This document shows, piece by piece, positions 1 through 11,277 of a stretch of 64,000 nucleotides of DNA. Under the pieces are notes generated by a model, which was not told the origin of the DNA, did not search any database, and worked only from the letters and a program-made list of their open reading frames with translations. Location: contig OZ242029.1 in NCBI GenBank assembly GCA_965205015.1, forward strand, positions 5,120,001 to 5,184,000, in the 5' to 3' direction. The stretch is from Candidatus Poribacteria bacterium. Its GTDB lineage: Bacteria; Poribacteria; WGA-4E; WGA-3G. The position numbers were made by a program, and so were the translations under genes. Each line of letters begins with the position of its first letter. The first letter of the stretch is position 1.

Positions 1-31
1 AGGGCTTATCCTACCGGTTATCTATCTGTTT

Positions 32-523
32 TTGGATCAACAGACGATGTTGATCTTCATCGGAATACTGACCGGGTTGGCACTTATTGTGGAATTGATG
101 AAGTGGCTCTTTCCTCCTTTCGGTGCGTTCTTTTTCCGGATGTTTGCTTTCCTGCTCCGCACACATGAACGCAAAGGCGCCGTGACAGGTGCCACCTACT
201 ATCTCATCAGTGCTTTCTTGTGCATTTTCTTTTTCGCCAAGACGCTTGCGATCGTTTGCATTTTCTTCATGATATTGGGAGATCTGGCAGCCGCATTGGT
301 GGGAAAAATGTGGGGTAGGACGAAACTCTTGGGGAAAAAGAGTTTAGAAGGCAGTGTCGCCTGCTTCGTTGTGTGTGTATTGATTGCCTTAGTGACGTTG
401 AATCCTGTTATCGCCCTCATTGGCGCCTTCGTCGCTACAATTGTGGAACTCATTCCCTCCCCGATCGACGACAACCTCACGGTGCCACTCGTTTCCGGTG
501 CTGTGATGCACTTTTTAATGTAA
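32..523 (+). CDS. Phytol/dolichol kinase-like membrane protein (CTP_transf_1 family); probably 5'-partial
   Basis: Multi-TM protein with GDLAAALVGKMWG, KSLEGS and DDNLTVP motifs; the frame is open back toward the window edge. Confidence 0.8.
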   Translation: MDQQTMLIFIGILTGLALIVELMKWLFPPFGAFFFRMFAFLLRTHERKGAVTGATYYLISAFLCIFFFAKTLAIVCIFFMILGDLAAALVGKMWGRTKLLGKKSLEGSVACFVVCVLIALVTLNPVIALIGAFVATIVELIPSPIDDNLTVPLVSGAVMHFLM

Positions 524-690
524 AATAGCGGAATCGTCATCGGTTGTCGGTAACAAGAGGTGTTCGTTAAACAGGGAGAATCCGAAGAAGTCTGCAAAAA
601 TCCGCAGCACTACCCAAGCAATACGCGGAAATGCCTCGGCAAACACCCTCTTAACTGATAGTCGATAACTGAAAACTGACAACCCATATT

Positions 691-1815
691 ATGGCCTACA
701 TCAAACTTGAGAATATTGTAAAACGCTACGGTGATGTCGTGGCGGTTAGGGATTTCAATCTGGAGGTTGCGGACAAAGAGTTCGTGGTTTTTCTGGGACC
801 CTCTGGATGTGGCAAAACCACAACGCTCCGTCTCATCGCAGGTTTAGAGGATCCTGAAGAGGGTGATATCTTCATCGATGGACAGCGGGTCAACGATCTC
901 TCCCCCGCCGATCGTGACATTGCCTTTGTCTTTCAATTCTATGCCCTCTACCCCCATCTGAACGTCTACGATAACATCGCTTTTCCACTCAAAGCCGTGA
1001 AGCTCTTGAAATCGGAGATTGACGCCCAAGTTAAACGGGTGTCGGGAATCTTACAGATCTCCGATATACTCAATCGGAAGCCGAGTGTCCTCAGCGGTGG
1101 CGAGATGCAACGTGTTGCGCTCGGGCGCGCCATGGTGCGCCAGCCAAAGGTTTATCTCCTTGATGAACCTATGGCGAATTTAGACGCGAAGATTCGCGTT
1201 GACACCCGCGCCGAAATTAAGCGGCTCCAACGCGAAATCGGGGCAACGACCCTCTTTGTAACGCACGATCAGGTGGAAGCCATGTCCCTCGCCGATAGGA
1301 TCGCTGTTATCCACGAAGGGGTGCTGCAGCAAATTGGTACACCGCATGAAATCTACAACAAGCCCCAGAGCCTCTTTGTGGCGGGATTTATGGGCATGCC
1401 GACGATGAATCTCCTGGATGCAGAGGTCACCGTGCGGGGAGGCGAATCCGTTCTACGGTTGTGTCACACCGATGTCTATTTTCGCCTCTCTCCGGAACGA
1501 CAAGCAAATATCACTTCGGGTGCGATGGAAAACGGTTTGGTATTCGGCATTCGTCCGGAACATATTACAGCGATGGGTCAGTCGGGGGAAGGAACGATTC
1601 CTGCTGATGTGCATCTCGTTGAACCGCTCGGTCCGGTCAATATCCTTGACATCCGTCTCGGCACACATTCAGAGACACAAGAATCTATTCTGCTTCGGGT
1701 TAGGACGCATCCAACTTTTCAGGTTACGGCTGGGGGCACCGTCTGGTTAAAATTCGACGAAGGAGAGATGCATCTCTTTGACCGAGAAACCGAGCAAGCC
1801 GTCTGGGGAAAGTAG
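691..1815 (+). CDS. Sugar ABC transporter ATP-binding protein (MalK/UgpC family)
   Basis: Walker A GPSGCGKT, LSGGE signature, LLDEP Walker B, C-terminal TOBE-like region. Confidence 0.95.
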   Translation: MAYIKLENIVKRYGDVVAVRDFNLEVADKEFVVFLGPSGCGKTTTLRLIAGLEDPEEGDIFIDGQRVNDLSPADRDIAFVFQFYALYPHLNVYDNIAFPLKAVKLLKSEIDAQVKRVSGILQISDILNRKPSVLSGGEMQRVALGRAMVRQPKVYLLDEPMANLDAKIRVDTRAEIKRLQREIGATTLFVTHDQVEAMSLADRIAVIHEGVLQQIGTPHEIYNKPQSLFVAGFMGMPTMNLLDAEVTVRGGESVLRLCHTDVYFRLSPERQANITSGAMENGLVFGIRPEHITAMGQSGEGTIPADVHLVEPLGPVNILDIRLGTHSETQESILLRVRTHPTFQVTAGGTVWLKFDEGEMHLFDRETEQAVWGK

Positions 1816-1906
1816 GTATCAGGCGTCAGAAAAGGTTCCTCAAACGCGTAGAATTCGTTAGTAGCAACTTAGGTTAAGAGACTAAAGATGAAGGAAAGAT
1901 AATACG

Positions 1907-2707
1907 ATGAAAATACCGTGTCGTTTAGCGGCTTTTGACTTGGATGGAACACTCCTCAATAGTGAACACACGCTCTCACGAAAAAACCGGGATGCGTTGC
2001 GGGAGCTCGCCGCAAAAGATATTCTTGTGGTGTTGGTCTCTGGGAGGATGCACCGGTCTATCAAGCCGATCAGCGATCAGATCGGTCTTGAAAACCCGAT
2101 TATCTCTTACAATGGCGGGATGGTACAACACGCGACGACGGGTGAGGTGTATCATCATACACCCGTTCCAACCGACTTTGCGATGGCGGTCGTCGGGGAC
2201 TGCGTTGCACAGAATTTGCATCTCAACTTCTGTTTGAATGACGAACTTTACGTCGCTGAACGCAACGCATGGAGCGATCTCTACGAGGCGCGAACAGGCG
2301 TTCCTGCTACACCTGTAGGCGACCTACGCGAGTTAGCTGGAGAAACACCCACAAAGTTGCTCATCATCCATACGCCCGAAAAATTAAAACCGCTCTTAGA
2401 CGATTTTCAAACCAATTATGCGGAGCAGCTTTACGTCACGCAGACCCAAGCAGAATATATTGAATTTATGAATCCGGCGGTTGCTAAGGGACGCGCGCTA
2501 ACAGCGCTCGCTCATCAATTTGACATTCCGATGGAGACAGTCGTTGCTTTCGGTGACAGTTACAATGATGAAAGTTTACTCAAGACAGCGGGGTTCGGCA
2601 TCGCAATGGCAAACGCAGTGCCACCGATCCGTGAGTGTGCCGATCATATTACGACGACGAATGACGAGAATGGTGTCGCCAAAGCGATTTGGGAATTAAT
2701 TCTCTGA
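1907..2707 (+). CDS. Cof-type HAD-IIB hydrolase
   Basis: DLDGTLL motif I, SGR motif II, K and FGDSYND motifs III/IV, AMANA. Confidence 0.95.
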   Translation: MKIPCRLAAFDLDGTLLNSEHTLSRKNRDALRELAAKDILVVLVSGRMHRSIKPISDQIGLENPIISYNGGMVQHATTGEVYHHTPVPTDFAMAVVGDCVAQNLHLNFCLNDELYVAERNAWSDLYEARTGVPATPVGDLRELAGETPTKLLIIHTPEKLKPLLDDFQTNYAEQLYVTQTQAEYIEFMNPAVAKGRALTALAHQFDIPMETVVAFGDSYNDESLLKTAGFGIAMANAVPPIRECADHITTTNDENGVAKAIWELIL

Positions 2708-2727
2708 AGCATTGCACAGGGTTCCCG

Positions 2728-2752
2728 GTAGGCGGGAACTCCGATTCCCGAC
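2728..2752 (+). repeat. GTAG-type REP-like palindrome (family A: GTAGGxGGGAACTCyGATTCCCGAC)
   Basis: Near-identical copy at ~62749-62774 and inverted copy at ~9408-9432; all intergenic. Confidence 0.7.
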
Positions 2753-2782
2753 GCTCGAGTTGGGTAACGACTTTGTTGGCGA

Positions 2783-3055
2783 TTATTGTCTTGCATTGAC
2801 ATCATGAAACTTTTTGTAGGGAATATCCGCAACGAGTACGTACGAGTTTCCTTCCTGTTTCAAAGACATCCGAACGGAGTTAACGGAAAATTCAAAATAC
2901 TTTGCCAGCACTTCTGCTAACTCATGATGTAACCTTGTCATAAAGCGGTCATCTACATCAAGTCGGTCTTGTGTAATGACGAGTTTCAGGCGTTGCTTGG
3001 CGATGCTACTCGACTTCGGCTTGCGCCCAAATAACCGTTTTATACTGATGTTCAT
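2783..3055 (-). CDS. minE: Cell division topological specificity factor MinE
   Basis: SSSIAKQRLKLVITQDR motif; follows minD. Confidence 0.93.
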   Translation of the reverse strand: MNISIKRLFGRKPKSSSIAKQRLKLVITQDRLDVDDRFMTRLHHELAEVLAKYFEFSVNSVRMSLKQEGNSYVLVADIPYKKFHDVNARQ

Positions 3056-3066
3056 CGGGGAACTCC

Positions 3067-3861
3067 TTATCTATTTCGGGTGAACCAATTAACGATATTT
3101 GATAGAAAGCCTTTCTGCTCTAAGTCCGGTATCGGGATTCGCTGTCCGGTGAGTCGGCGTGCGATGCGCATATAAGCCTGCGAGCCGGGGGAAGTGTCTT
3201 CGTACACTAAAGGGATCCCTCGGTTGGTAGAAGTAATCACACCGGTGTCTTCAGGAACAATACCGATCAAGTCAATGTTGAGGATATCCAATACATCCTC
3301 TTGGTCCATCATGCTCCCATTTCCGACGAGTTGCGGCGAGAAGCGGTTTAGGATGAGGCTGATCGGTTCAATACCTGCGTGTTGCAGTAACCCGATAATC
3401 CGGTCGGCATCCCGGATTGCGGAGACGTCTGGTGTCGTAACAACGACGGCTTCATCCGCCCCAGCGGAAGCATTTCTGAAGCCACGCTCAATGCCTGCTG
3501 GCGAGTCAATCAACACAAAATCGTGTGCTGTCTTTAAATTGTCACAAATTGCTTTCATCTGCTCGGGTTGCATATCGTCCTTATTGTTTTTCTGGGATGC
3601 TGCCAGCAGTGTCAGCCCGTCAACACGTCGATCTTTCACGAGTGCTTTGCTGAGTTCGCACTGTTTGTCAATGACGTCCATTGAGGTGTAGACGACCCGA
3701 CTCTCAAGTCCCATCACGATATCGAGGTTCCGAAGCCCGACATCTGCGTCAACAACTACAACCGTTTTGCCAAGAAGGGCGAGTGCTGTACCTAAATTGG
3801 CGGTAGAGGTTGTTTTGCCAACGCCGCCTTTTCCTGACGTTACTACAATTACTTTTCCCAT
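3067..3861 (-). CDS. minD: Septum site-determining ATPase MinD
   Basis: SGKGGVGKTT, DADVGLRNLD, DSPAGIE, RDADRIIG; C-terminal amphipathic helix. Confidence 0.97.
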   Translation of the reverse strand: MGKVIVVTSGKGGVGKTTSTANLGTALALLGKTVVVVDADVGLRNLDIVMGLESRVVYTSMDVIDKQCELSKALVKDRRVDGLTLLAASQKNNKDDMQPEQMKAICDNLKTAHDFVLIDSPAGIERGFRNASAGADEAVVVTTPDVSAIRDADRIIGLLQHAGIEPISLILNRFSPQLVGNGSMMDQEDVLDILNIDLIGIVPEDTGVITSTNRGIPLVYEDTSPGSQAYMRIARRLTGQRIPIPDLEQKGFLSNIVNWFTRNR

Positions 3862-3879
3862 AACCGGAAACCTCCTATC

Positions 3880-4551
3880 TTAAAACTTAACAAATTTTTC
3901 AATGATAACGACATCTTCTGCCCCGATGCGCGCGATTTCTGGATACCCTCGGGATTTTTGATTCGTGAGTCGGTGACTGTTGAAGTCACCAATTTGAAGT
4001 TGGACAGGCACTAAATCCATGGCGATAATTACAGACGAAAGCCTGCCATTGATGCCAGCGTGGGCATTCCCGCGCAACGCGCCGAGGACAACTATATCTC
4101 CCCCTGCTCTGACTTCGCCCCCTGAATTAACATCGCCGTAGATGACGAGACTGCCTTGTGGGAAATCTTCTGTCTGTCCTGAGCGAATTGTATGCGGTAT
4201 AATCCTTGAAGGTTCACTATCGCGGCTGTTCTGGGTGTCCGTTCTTTGCGGAAGGGCGTGCGTCGTTGGCGCGGCGGCGATAGGCGGCGGGGCCTGTTCA
4301 TCAACAGTTTCAATGTTCCGTACCTTCAGTTTGTAAGTCTGTTGAAGTTTAGACTTTAAATGCGCCATCTCCTCTTCTTTGAGAATTGGACACTTCAGAT
4401 CAATCTGCACAGATGCCCCAGTTAGGGATTGATTCATCCGGGAGATTTCCTGTTCAATCCCTGCTTCGACGTCCGCGATGGACAGATGGGGCCTGATAAT
4501 CAGGTGTAAGCCATCCCTATACGCTCTGAGAACTACAATAGAGTTTGCCAT
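3880..4551 (-). CDS. minC: Septum site-determining protein MinC
   Basis: TIRSGQ, GDVNSGGEVRAGGDIVVLGALRGNAHAG beta-helix motifs; operon with minDE. Confidence 0.93.
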   Translation of the reverse strand: MANSIVVLRAYRDGLHLIIRPHLSIADVEAGIEQEISRMNQSLTGASVQIDLKCPILKEEEMAHLKSKLQQTYKLKVRNIETVDEQAPPPIAAAPTTHALPQRTDTQNSRDSEPSRIIPHTIRSGQTEDFPQGSLVIYGDVNSGGEVRAGGDIVVLGALRGNAHAGINGRLSSVIIAMDLVPVQLQIGDFNSHRLTNQKSRGYPEIARIGAEDVVIIEKFVKF

Positions 4552-4615
4552 TTTTTCTCTACAGAGATTTCACCCCTACGGGGTTCAGTTCCTGCTGACT
4601 GTTGGTTGCTGAGTG

Positions 4616-5890
4616 CTATTCTACCAACTGTGCCAAAACGTAAGGTCCCTCAGGGATCACTGCGATTTGGGCATCTGCCCCGTATCGGGTTAGAATTTCT
4701 TCGATACCTTCCTGTGCCTGTTTCAATGGATGCACGAATAACTTTACACGTTGATGATACGGAATGCCATCGGTGTAAAAATAGATATCTGCCTTCCTTG
4801 CGACCTTCGCTAATTCTTCTAATTGCCACTGATCGATGACAAAGTTCGCTGGGTTGTAAAGTCCTTGCACAAATGCGGTTAAGTCATCGGTTTTGAATAT
4901 TAGGTCTGTAAAGGGTTTACTACCGATCCCTTCACTACATGCGGCGACGAGCAGGATACTGCCGCCCTGCTTGACAATCTCAACGGCGGTCAGTAAACCT
5001 TTGATGGCTTGATAGAACGTTGCATCTAAAGGGTAACCTGCGCTGGAAACAACGACGGCATCCGCTGCTGTGGGTAACGTAACCTTGGCGTGTTTCTCGA
5101 CAAACTTCGCGCCGACACGGTGAGATTCAACCATGTCGCCTGCGAAAATACCAGTGATCTGACGCTCCTTGTCAATGGCGACGTTCAGATTGAAATCAGC
5201 CCCCGCCATCACTGCGATTTCTGTGGCTTCTATATGAAACGGATTGCCTTCCAAGATACCCACGGCAGATTTTGGGTGTTCCATGAGTTCGGGACCGTGC
5301 ATCACCTTCATTGTCTCGATGGAGGCGATTCCTGGACAGATAGCCTTTCTACCGCCGGAGTAGCCTGCCATTAGGTGTGGCTCAATGAGACCGGTGATGA
5401 TTTTCAAATCCGCTTCGAGATACGTTTTATCGATGTGGACAGGGGTGCCGTTCTGGGTTGTGCCTAAATATGTGTGGGTCTCTATTTTCTGCGAAAAATG
5501 GTTGACGATGCGATACCGCTCCATGATGTGGCGTCCGACCATTATTTCGAGTTCTTCGGCGTTATTCGGGCGATGGATACCCGTCGCAATGAGGATCGTT
5601 ATTTTCTCGTGTGGAATACCAGTCTGTTCGAGGGTTTCCAGTAGTGGAGGGAGAATCACTTTGTTCGGCACAGGGCGGGTTATGTCAGAGATCACAATGC
5701 ATGCCGACTCGCGCCCTTTTGCAAGCTCAGCCAAGGGAGGTGAGGCGATAGGCTGAGCGAGTGCCTCTTGTACGGCGCTATCCCCATCGGGCAGCGGAAC
5801 GCTTTCCGAAATTTCAAGAACCCCGGCTACATTCTTGTCGGGAATCTCAATCGGTAGTGTTCCGGTCCCGTATCTCATTTCGAGTCGCAT
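4616..5890 (-). CDS. larA: Nickel-pincer-dependent lactate racemase LarA family protein
   Basis: DITRPVP, ATGIHR, PHLMAGYSGGRK, GYPLD..YQAIK motifs; ATG at 5890 preferred; substrate may not be lactate. Confidence 0.88.
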   Translation of the reverse strand: MRLEMRYGTGTLPIEIPDKNVAGVLEISESVPLPDGDSAVQEALAQPIASPPLAELAKGRESACIVISDITRPVPNKVILPPLLETLEQTGIPHEKITILIATGIHRPNNAEELEIMVGRHIMERYRIVNHFSQKIETHTYLGTTQNGTPVHIDKTYLEADLKIITGLIEPHLMAGYSGGRKAICPGIASIETMKVMHGPELMEHPKSAVGILEGNPFHIEATEIAVMAGADFNLNVAIDKERQITGIFAGDMVESHRVGAKFVEKHAKVTLPTAADAVVVSSAGYPLDATFYQAIKGLLTAVEIVKQGGSILLVAACSEGIGSKPFTDLIFKTDDLTAFVQGLYNPANFVIDQWQLEELAKVARKADIYFYTDGIPYHQRVKLFVHPLKQAQEGIEEILTRYGADAQIAVIPEGPYVLAQLVE

Positions 5891-5974
5891 ATTGAAATTT
5901 CCCTTCAGATTGGCGAAATAGGGTGCTGAAACTGGCACGCCACTTGTGCAGTAGGTAAACTAATCCCTCTACGT

Positions 5975-6003
5975 ATTATAACGTTTTTTCATAAAAAATG
6001 CAA
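5975..6003 (-). promoter_or_regulatory. sigma70-like promoter for larA-minCDE
   Basis: Minus strand TTGCAT-N17-TATAAT. Confidence 0.6.
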
Positions 6004-6159
6004 ATTTTTTTTTATGTTTCTATTTTTGTAAGAAGAATTTTAGAAATATCTCTCGCTGTGAGGCAATTTTAAGGGAGCAAACCTGACTTTCCTGCGGGTG
6101 AACTTTCCCAATCCTGCCTTCTACCGGCTGATTGCTGACCGCTGACGGCTATAAAATTC

Positions 6160-6188
6160 TTGACTTTTTTGGGGCGATATGTTAGAAT
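6160..6188 (+). promoter_or_regulatory. sigma70-like promoter
   Basis: TTGACT-N17-TAGAAT upstream of the ORF at 6277. Confidence 0.6.
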
Positions 6189-6276
6189 CTATAAATAAGG
6201 CTTTACCCATCTCACCGGGAAATTCTCAAAACGGATTGCGGGCAAAAATCTATAAATAGAACGGAGTGAGACTGAT

Positions 6277-6657
6277 ATGCATCGCATTGAAGTTACCACC
6301 AAACCCAACGGCGCGGGACGGAATTGGTTGGAAGTTGGACATTTTGAAACAGATGCACTGGATCGCAAACAGTGGATTAAAAAGAACGTGCCGCATCAGG
6401 AATCAAAGTTAACCGTTGATAGGCAATACTCCCCCCGCGGTGAAACGATTGATTGGATCGTTATTATTCCTGAGAACTATCCGTTCACGCTCGTCAAAGT
6501 TAACTACGACCGCCTCAATCCCAAGGAACTTGAAGTGCTTTGGGATCCAGAGGGCACCGCCCAGTCCGGTGCAGCCCGTGAAGAAAAAATTAAGCGCATT
6601 TTTGAACTCGCCGCCGGCAATGATGAACTCACCGAATTGCTGAAGGAGATCCTCTAA
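6277..6657 (+). CDS. Hypothetical protein
   Basis: 126-aa ORF with GGAG RBS and upstream promoter; no family recognised. Confidence 0.7.
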   Translation: MHRIEVTTKPNGAGRNWLEVGHFETDALDRKQWIKKNVPHQESKLTVDRQYSPRGETIDWIVIIPENYPFTLVKVNYDRLNPKELEVLWDPEGTAQSGAAREEKIKRIFELAAGNDELTELLKEIL

Positions 6658-6768
6658 GCATATCAATAGTTTTGAAGTTTGCGAGATTTTAGAACACTTT
6701 AAACTTTCTAAAGGAACGCATCTGATAGTTCTAACGCACGTCCTTTCTCCGCAAGGTAAAATTAAAAA

Positions 6769-8169
6769 TTACCATCCGTACCGCTCGGGTCCCCACGGTT
6801 TCGATACCAATTCCTGTTTCGCCATGATCAGCGTTTTACTCGGTACATCCTCGTATAGGATGACGCCCGGTCCTACGACGCTATAGGATCCGATACGTCT
6901 CCCGGGCATGAGAATTGCATTCACCCCGGTCCGACAGTAGTCTCCCATATAGGTCGCGTTTGCGCCGTAAGGCGGCACTTCGTAACGTCCTTCCACCCGC
7001 ATCGGTGTGTCCCCATCATCGAATCGGAGGGTCCCACATACCGTCGCTGCACCGATATCGGTGGCGCATCCGAAAACACCCGACATTTCACAGTAGTGGT
7101 AGAGATAGACCTTATCGAACAGCACCCCCGCCATCTCAGCACCGTGACCGATGATACACCGATTTCCAATGGCAGTGCTGCCGACATCGCAGTAATCGCT
7201 AATCCTGCACTGATCGCCAACGAAGATATTTCCGTGTAAGATCGCACCGTTTGTGATGTTATTGTTCGCACCTGCGATGAGCGTCCCGTTGATAACGACG
7301 CGCGGTCCAATGACAGAGTTTTTCCCCAGCACGACGTGTCCATTAATTTCAGCGGCATCTGAGATTTTCGCACCCGCCGCGATGCGGTCTTCTGTGACGT
7401 GTGTGGCGAGGTAATCCACCAACCGGTTGTTTGCTTCGAGTACATGCCACGGCTTATCGACATCCACAAGAAATCCTTCTGTCTGAACCGCCAACACCTC
7501 TCTATCCTCGTCAACCATGAGTTGCATGGATTGCGCAATTTCGGATTCCGGGGGTGGCATGCCACCGACAGGCACCCTTGTAACGATTCCAGGGTTCCTT
7601 AAGAGGTAAGGGACGGCTGTAGGTGCCAGGGCGTAGACACCACAGAGCCGGTATGACCCCCCGCGTGGGTGTCCCTCAATACCGGTAAGTTTTGTGACGC
7701 TTTTGCCTTCTGTCTCCTTTGTGGCGATACTGCCACAGAGCCAGTCGCTGGCGTCTTCGTTACCGAGCGGTTGGACCAGTGCCGCCGCTTCCACAGTGTG
7801 GGTACAAAATTCGCTAATGACGTTGCGGAAGGTGTCGGGTGTGGTTACAATGTCCCCGTAAACCACGAGGAAGGGTTCATCTTCGACATGCGTTAGTGCG
7901 CTCAACACAGCACTCGCAGTGCCGTCGATTGGGTGTTGTGTGACGAAAACGACGTTGGGTATATCGGCAAGGACACCACGCACCTGTTGCGCGTAGTGTC
8001 CCACGACAACGACGATCCGTTCGCATCCGACTTCAATCAAATTCTCTACGACTCGTCGAACGATTGGGGTATTGGCGACCGGGAGTGTGCATTTCTGTCG
8101 AAATTCCCCGTAGGGCCACACCTTACGTCCGAGTCCTGCGGCGAGTACAATCGCCGTTTTTATTTTCAT
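6769..8169 (-). CDS. GlmU-like bifunctional sugar-phosphate nucleotidyltransferase/acetyltransferase
   Basis: LAAGLGRK NTP-transferase motif, YGD, DVDKPW, C-terminal hexapeptide left-handed beta-helix. Confidence 0.85.
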   Translation of the reverse strand: MKIKTAIVLAAGLGRKVWPYGEFRQKCTLPVANTPIVRRVVENLIEVGCERIVVVVGHYAQQVRGVLADIPNVVFVTQHPIDGTASAVLSALTHVEDEPFLVVYGDIVTTPDTFRNVISEFCTHTVEAAALVQPLGNEDASDWLCGSIATKETEGKSVTKLTGIEGHPRGGSYRLCGVYALAPTAVPYLLRNPGIVTRVPVGGMPPPESEIAQSMQLMVDEDREVLAVQTEGFLVDVDKPWHVLEANNRLVDYLATHVTEDRIAAGAKISDAAEINGHVVLGKNSVIGPRVVINGTLIAGANNNITNGAILHGNIFVGDQCRISDYCDVGSTAIGNRCIIGHGAEMAGVLFDKVYLYHYCEMSGVFGCATDIGAATVCGTLRFDDGDTPMRVEGRYEVPPYGANATYMGDYCRTGVNAILMPGRRIGSYSVVGPGVILYEDVPSKTLIMAKQELVSKPWGPERYGW

Positions 8170-8171
8170 CT

Positions 8172-9159
<988 letters not shown>

Positions 9160-9291
9160 CAGAAACTCCTGTGTTAGGTTTATTAATATCCTAACATTTT
9201 TAAGAAAGAAAAGATATAGAAAAAAGGGGTAGCGTTAGGGTCATTTAGTTTTAAGAATTTATTTGAGAGTTTTCACCTTTTTTTCCAATAT

Positions 9292-9317
9292 GGCGAGGTT
9301 AGGAAACCTCGCCAGCG
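9292..9317 (+). repeat. REP-like palindrome (family B: GGCGAGGTTAGGAAACCTCGCCAGCG)
   Basis: Copies at ~42918-42943, ~44342-44366 (variant loop) and ~45245-45269. Confidence 0.75.
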
Positions 9318-9802
9318 GGGTTTGAGGGGACATTTTTAAGAAAGAAAAGATATAGAAAAAAGGGGTAGCGTCCTTCGGTAAATACCCCAACTTCCTTGTC
9401 ACGGGCAATCGGGAATCAGAGTTCCCTGCTACAAAGGGGGTGTCAGCGGTTATCCGTCGGTAGCGTGCCGATATGGGAATTTCACAGTAAGCATTTTGAA
9501 AAGGGTCTTTGTAACCCTCGATAAACGTAGTTGTGGTGTGGGGTTAGCGCCTCTTGGAGAACATTTCATTTTTGGGTGTTTACTGTGAAATTTTAAAATT
9601 GGGGGTTTGGATTAACCTTTGAAAACCCAGTCACAGTATGGGTTTATCGCCTGTCTGGAAAATTAGTGTTTTTTAGGGTTACTGTGAAACTATTGTTTTG
9701 TTTTATTAAATATAACATATTAGTATTTATGTGTATGCTAAGGTGGGTTCGATAGGAGTGTGTAAAAAAAGTTGTCTTTGATGTTTTTTTATGGTATACT
9801 TA

Positions 9803-9844
9803 TATAGATATACATTTATAGATATACATTTATAGATATACATT
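9803..9844. repeat. Tandem repeat 3 x TATAGATATACATT
   Basis: Three perfect 14-bp units in an AT-rich tract. Confidence 0.9.
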
Positions 9845-9984
9845 ATTTTTATTAAGTTTTTCTGTCATAAGTTTGATGTTTGTTGGATGTGCTATACTTA
9901 CCTGTGTTGTGATCTATGGAACAGTCGAGCGTTCGGTTCCGTCGGGTGGGTCTATAGTCGATTTCATAGAAATGGAGGGAAACA

Positions 9985-10926
9985 GTGGATACTACAAAGA
10001 CTCGGAAAACCGCGTTCCAAGAGGCGCTCCTTGACGAGTTTCCAGAAGCGGAAGCGTACTGGGAATGCCAAGCGGAATTGGCGGAATTGTTCGGTACCTT
10101 GACGGGTGATGAGCTCGTGTTGTCAGTTATGGAACGGGTTCATCGCTTTGCATGTGAGGAAATGGGATGGTCAATTGAGATGGATTTTGAGGAGGCAGAC
10201 TGCGGCGAGCTCAGATTCGCTGGGGATCGGATCCGCGAGGTATTGATGGAACGGATTGCGGGTTTTATCACGGATGAACACCGTGTGTCTATCATCTACC
10301 ATCATGCGCGAGGGCTCTCTACTGCTGAGGCGGTTTCTGCATTGATTCGGGAGGATAGGACCATGCATCGGTTGGCACAGGAGGATGCGATTGGTGAGAA
10401 GGAACTCCGCGAACTATTGATTTCACGATTGGCTTATCTCAAACCGGGAACGGCTCGGTGGCCTGAAAAGAAATATGGGGATTTATGGCGCGAGGCTCGG
10501 GAAGCGTATAAACAGGAGATACGTGGTATACCGTTGACTTCTCCAGTGGAGCGGATGGCGTTGTTAGCCAAGCATGCTGAGCGTATTAACTCTGCCTTGG
10601 ATAAGAAAAAGTACTCCGTGCAGGATTTCCAATCGTTGACGCATTCGCTCACGAAGACCTTGGAGAGTTTAGAGAAGTTGTCAGGGGTTGAAGAGCAGGT
10701 GTCGATGGATTTGTCTACACCGCAGTTTATGGCGGTCCTGGAGCGGTTGACGGTTGCGTTGGAAACCCCTGAGCAGCGGATCGCGCTCTCCGGTGATACC
10801 GACGCACTTATTGGGGGGCTGGAACGGTTGACGCTTGCCCTGAAATCTTCGGACCAGAAGGCGCTCGCGAGTGAAGTTGAGGACGTTCCGGCGGATGCTG
10901 GGATTGAGGATGCCAATTCCGATTGA
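9985..10926 (+). CDS. DUF2280-like (phage small-terminase-related) domain protein
   Basis: Segment YLKPG..WPEKKYGDLWREAREAYKQEIRGIPLTSPVERMALL resembles DUF2280 from memory; GGAGG RBS with GTG start. Confidence 0.55.
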   Translation: MDTTKTRKTAFQEALLDEFPEAEAYWECQAELAELFGTLTGDELVLSVMERVHRFACEEMGWSIEMDFEEADCGELRFAGDRIREVLMERIAGFITDEHRVSIIYHHARGLSTAEAVSALIREDRTMHRLAQEDAIGEKELRELLISRLAYLKPGTARWPEKKYGDLWREAREAYKQEIRGIPLTSPVERMALLAKHAERINSALDKKKYSVQDFQSLTHSLTKTLESLEKLSGVEEQVSMDLSTPQFMAVLERLTVALETPEQRIALSGDTDALIGGLERLTLALKSSDQKALASEVEDVPADAGIEDANSD

Positions 10927-11277
10927 CTTAGACTTGCTTTCGTCAGGACTGTGATTTATGGGATTCAATGCGTTATGGAATTATGGGGGTTGGTGTGGAT
11001 TGGATGGATTTGATTTTTTTGTTAGAATCTGTTATTATTTTAACGTGAGTTTGATATGAAACGCGTCGGTTGGGTTGCAGGGAAATCTACGGAAAATTCC
11101 GCAGAGAAGATAACTTTCGAGTCAGCCACACATTTGAAATCACCAAAATACCAGTGAAACCCAACATTTTTTATGGAACGCGTATTAAAGATTGGTATGG
11201 TAAAATGGGTGCAGTTTATCTATTTAACGCGAAACTCACGTAAAAGTGAGATTCATTTCTTTAGGAGATTAAACAAT

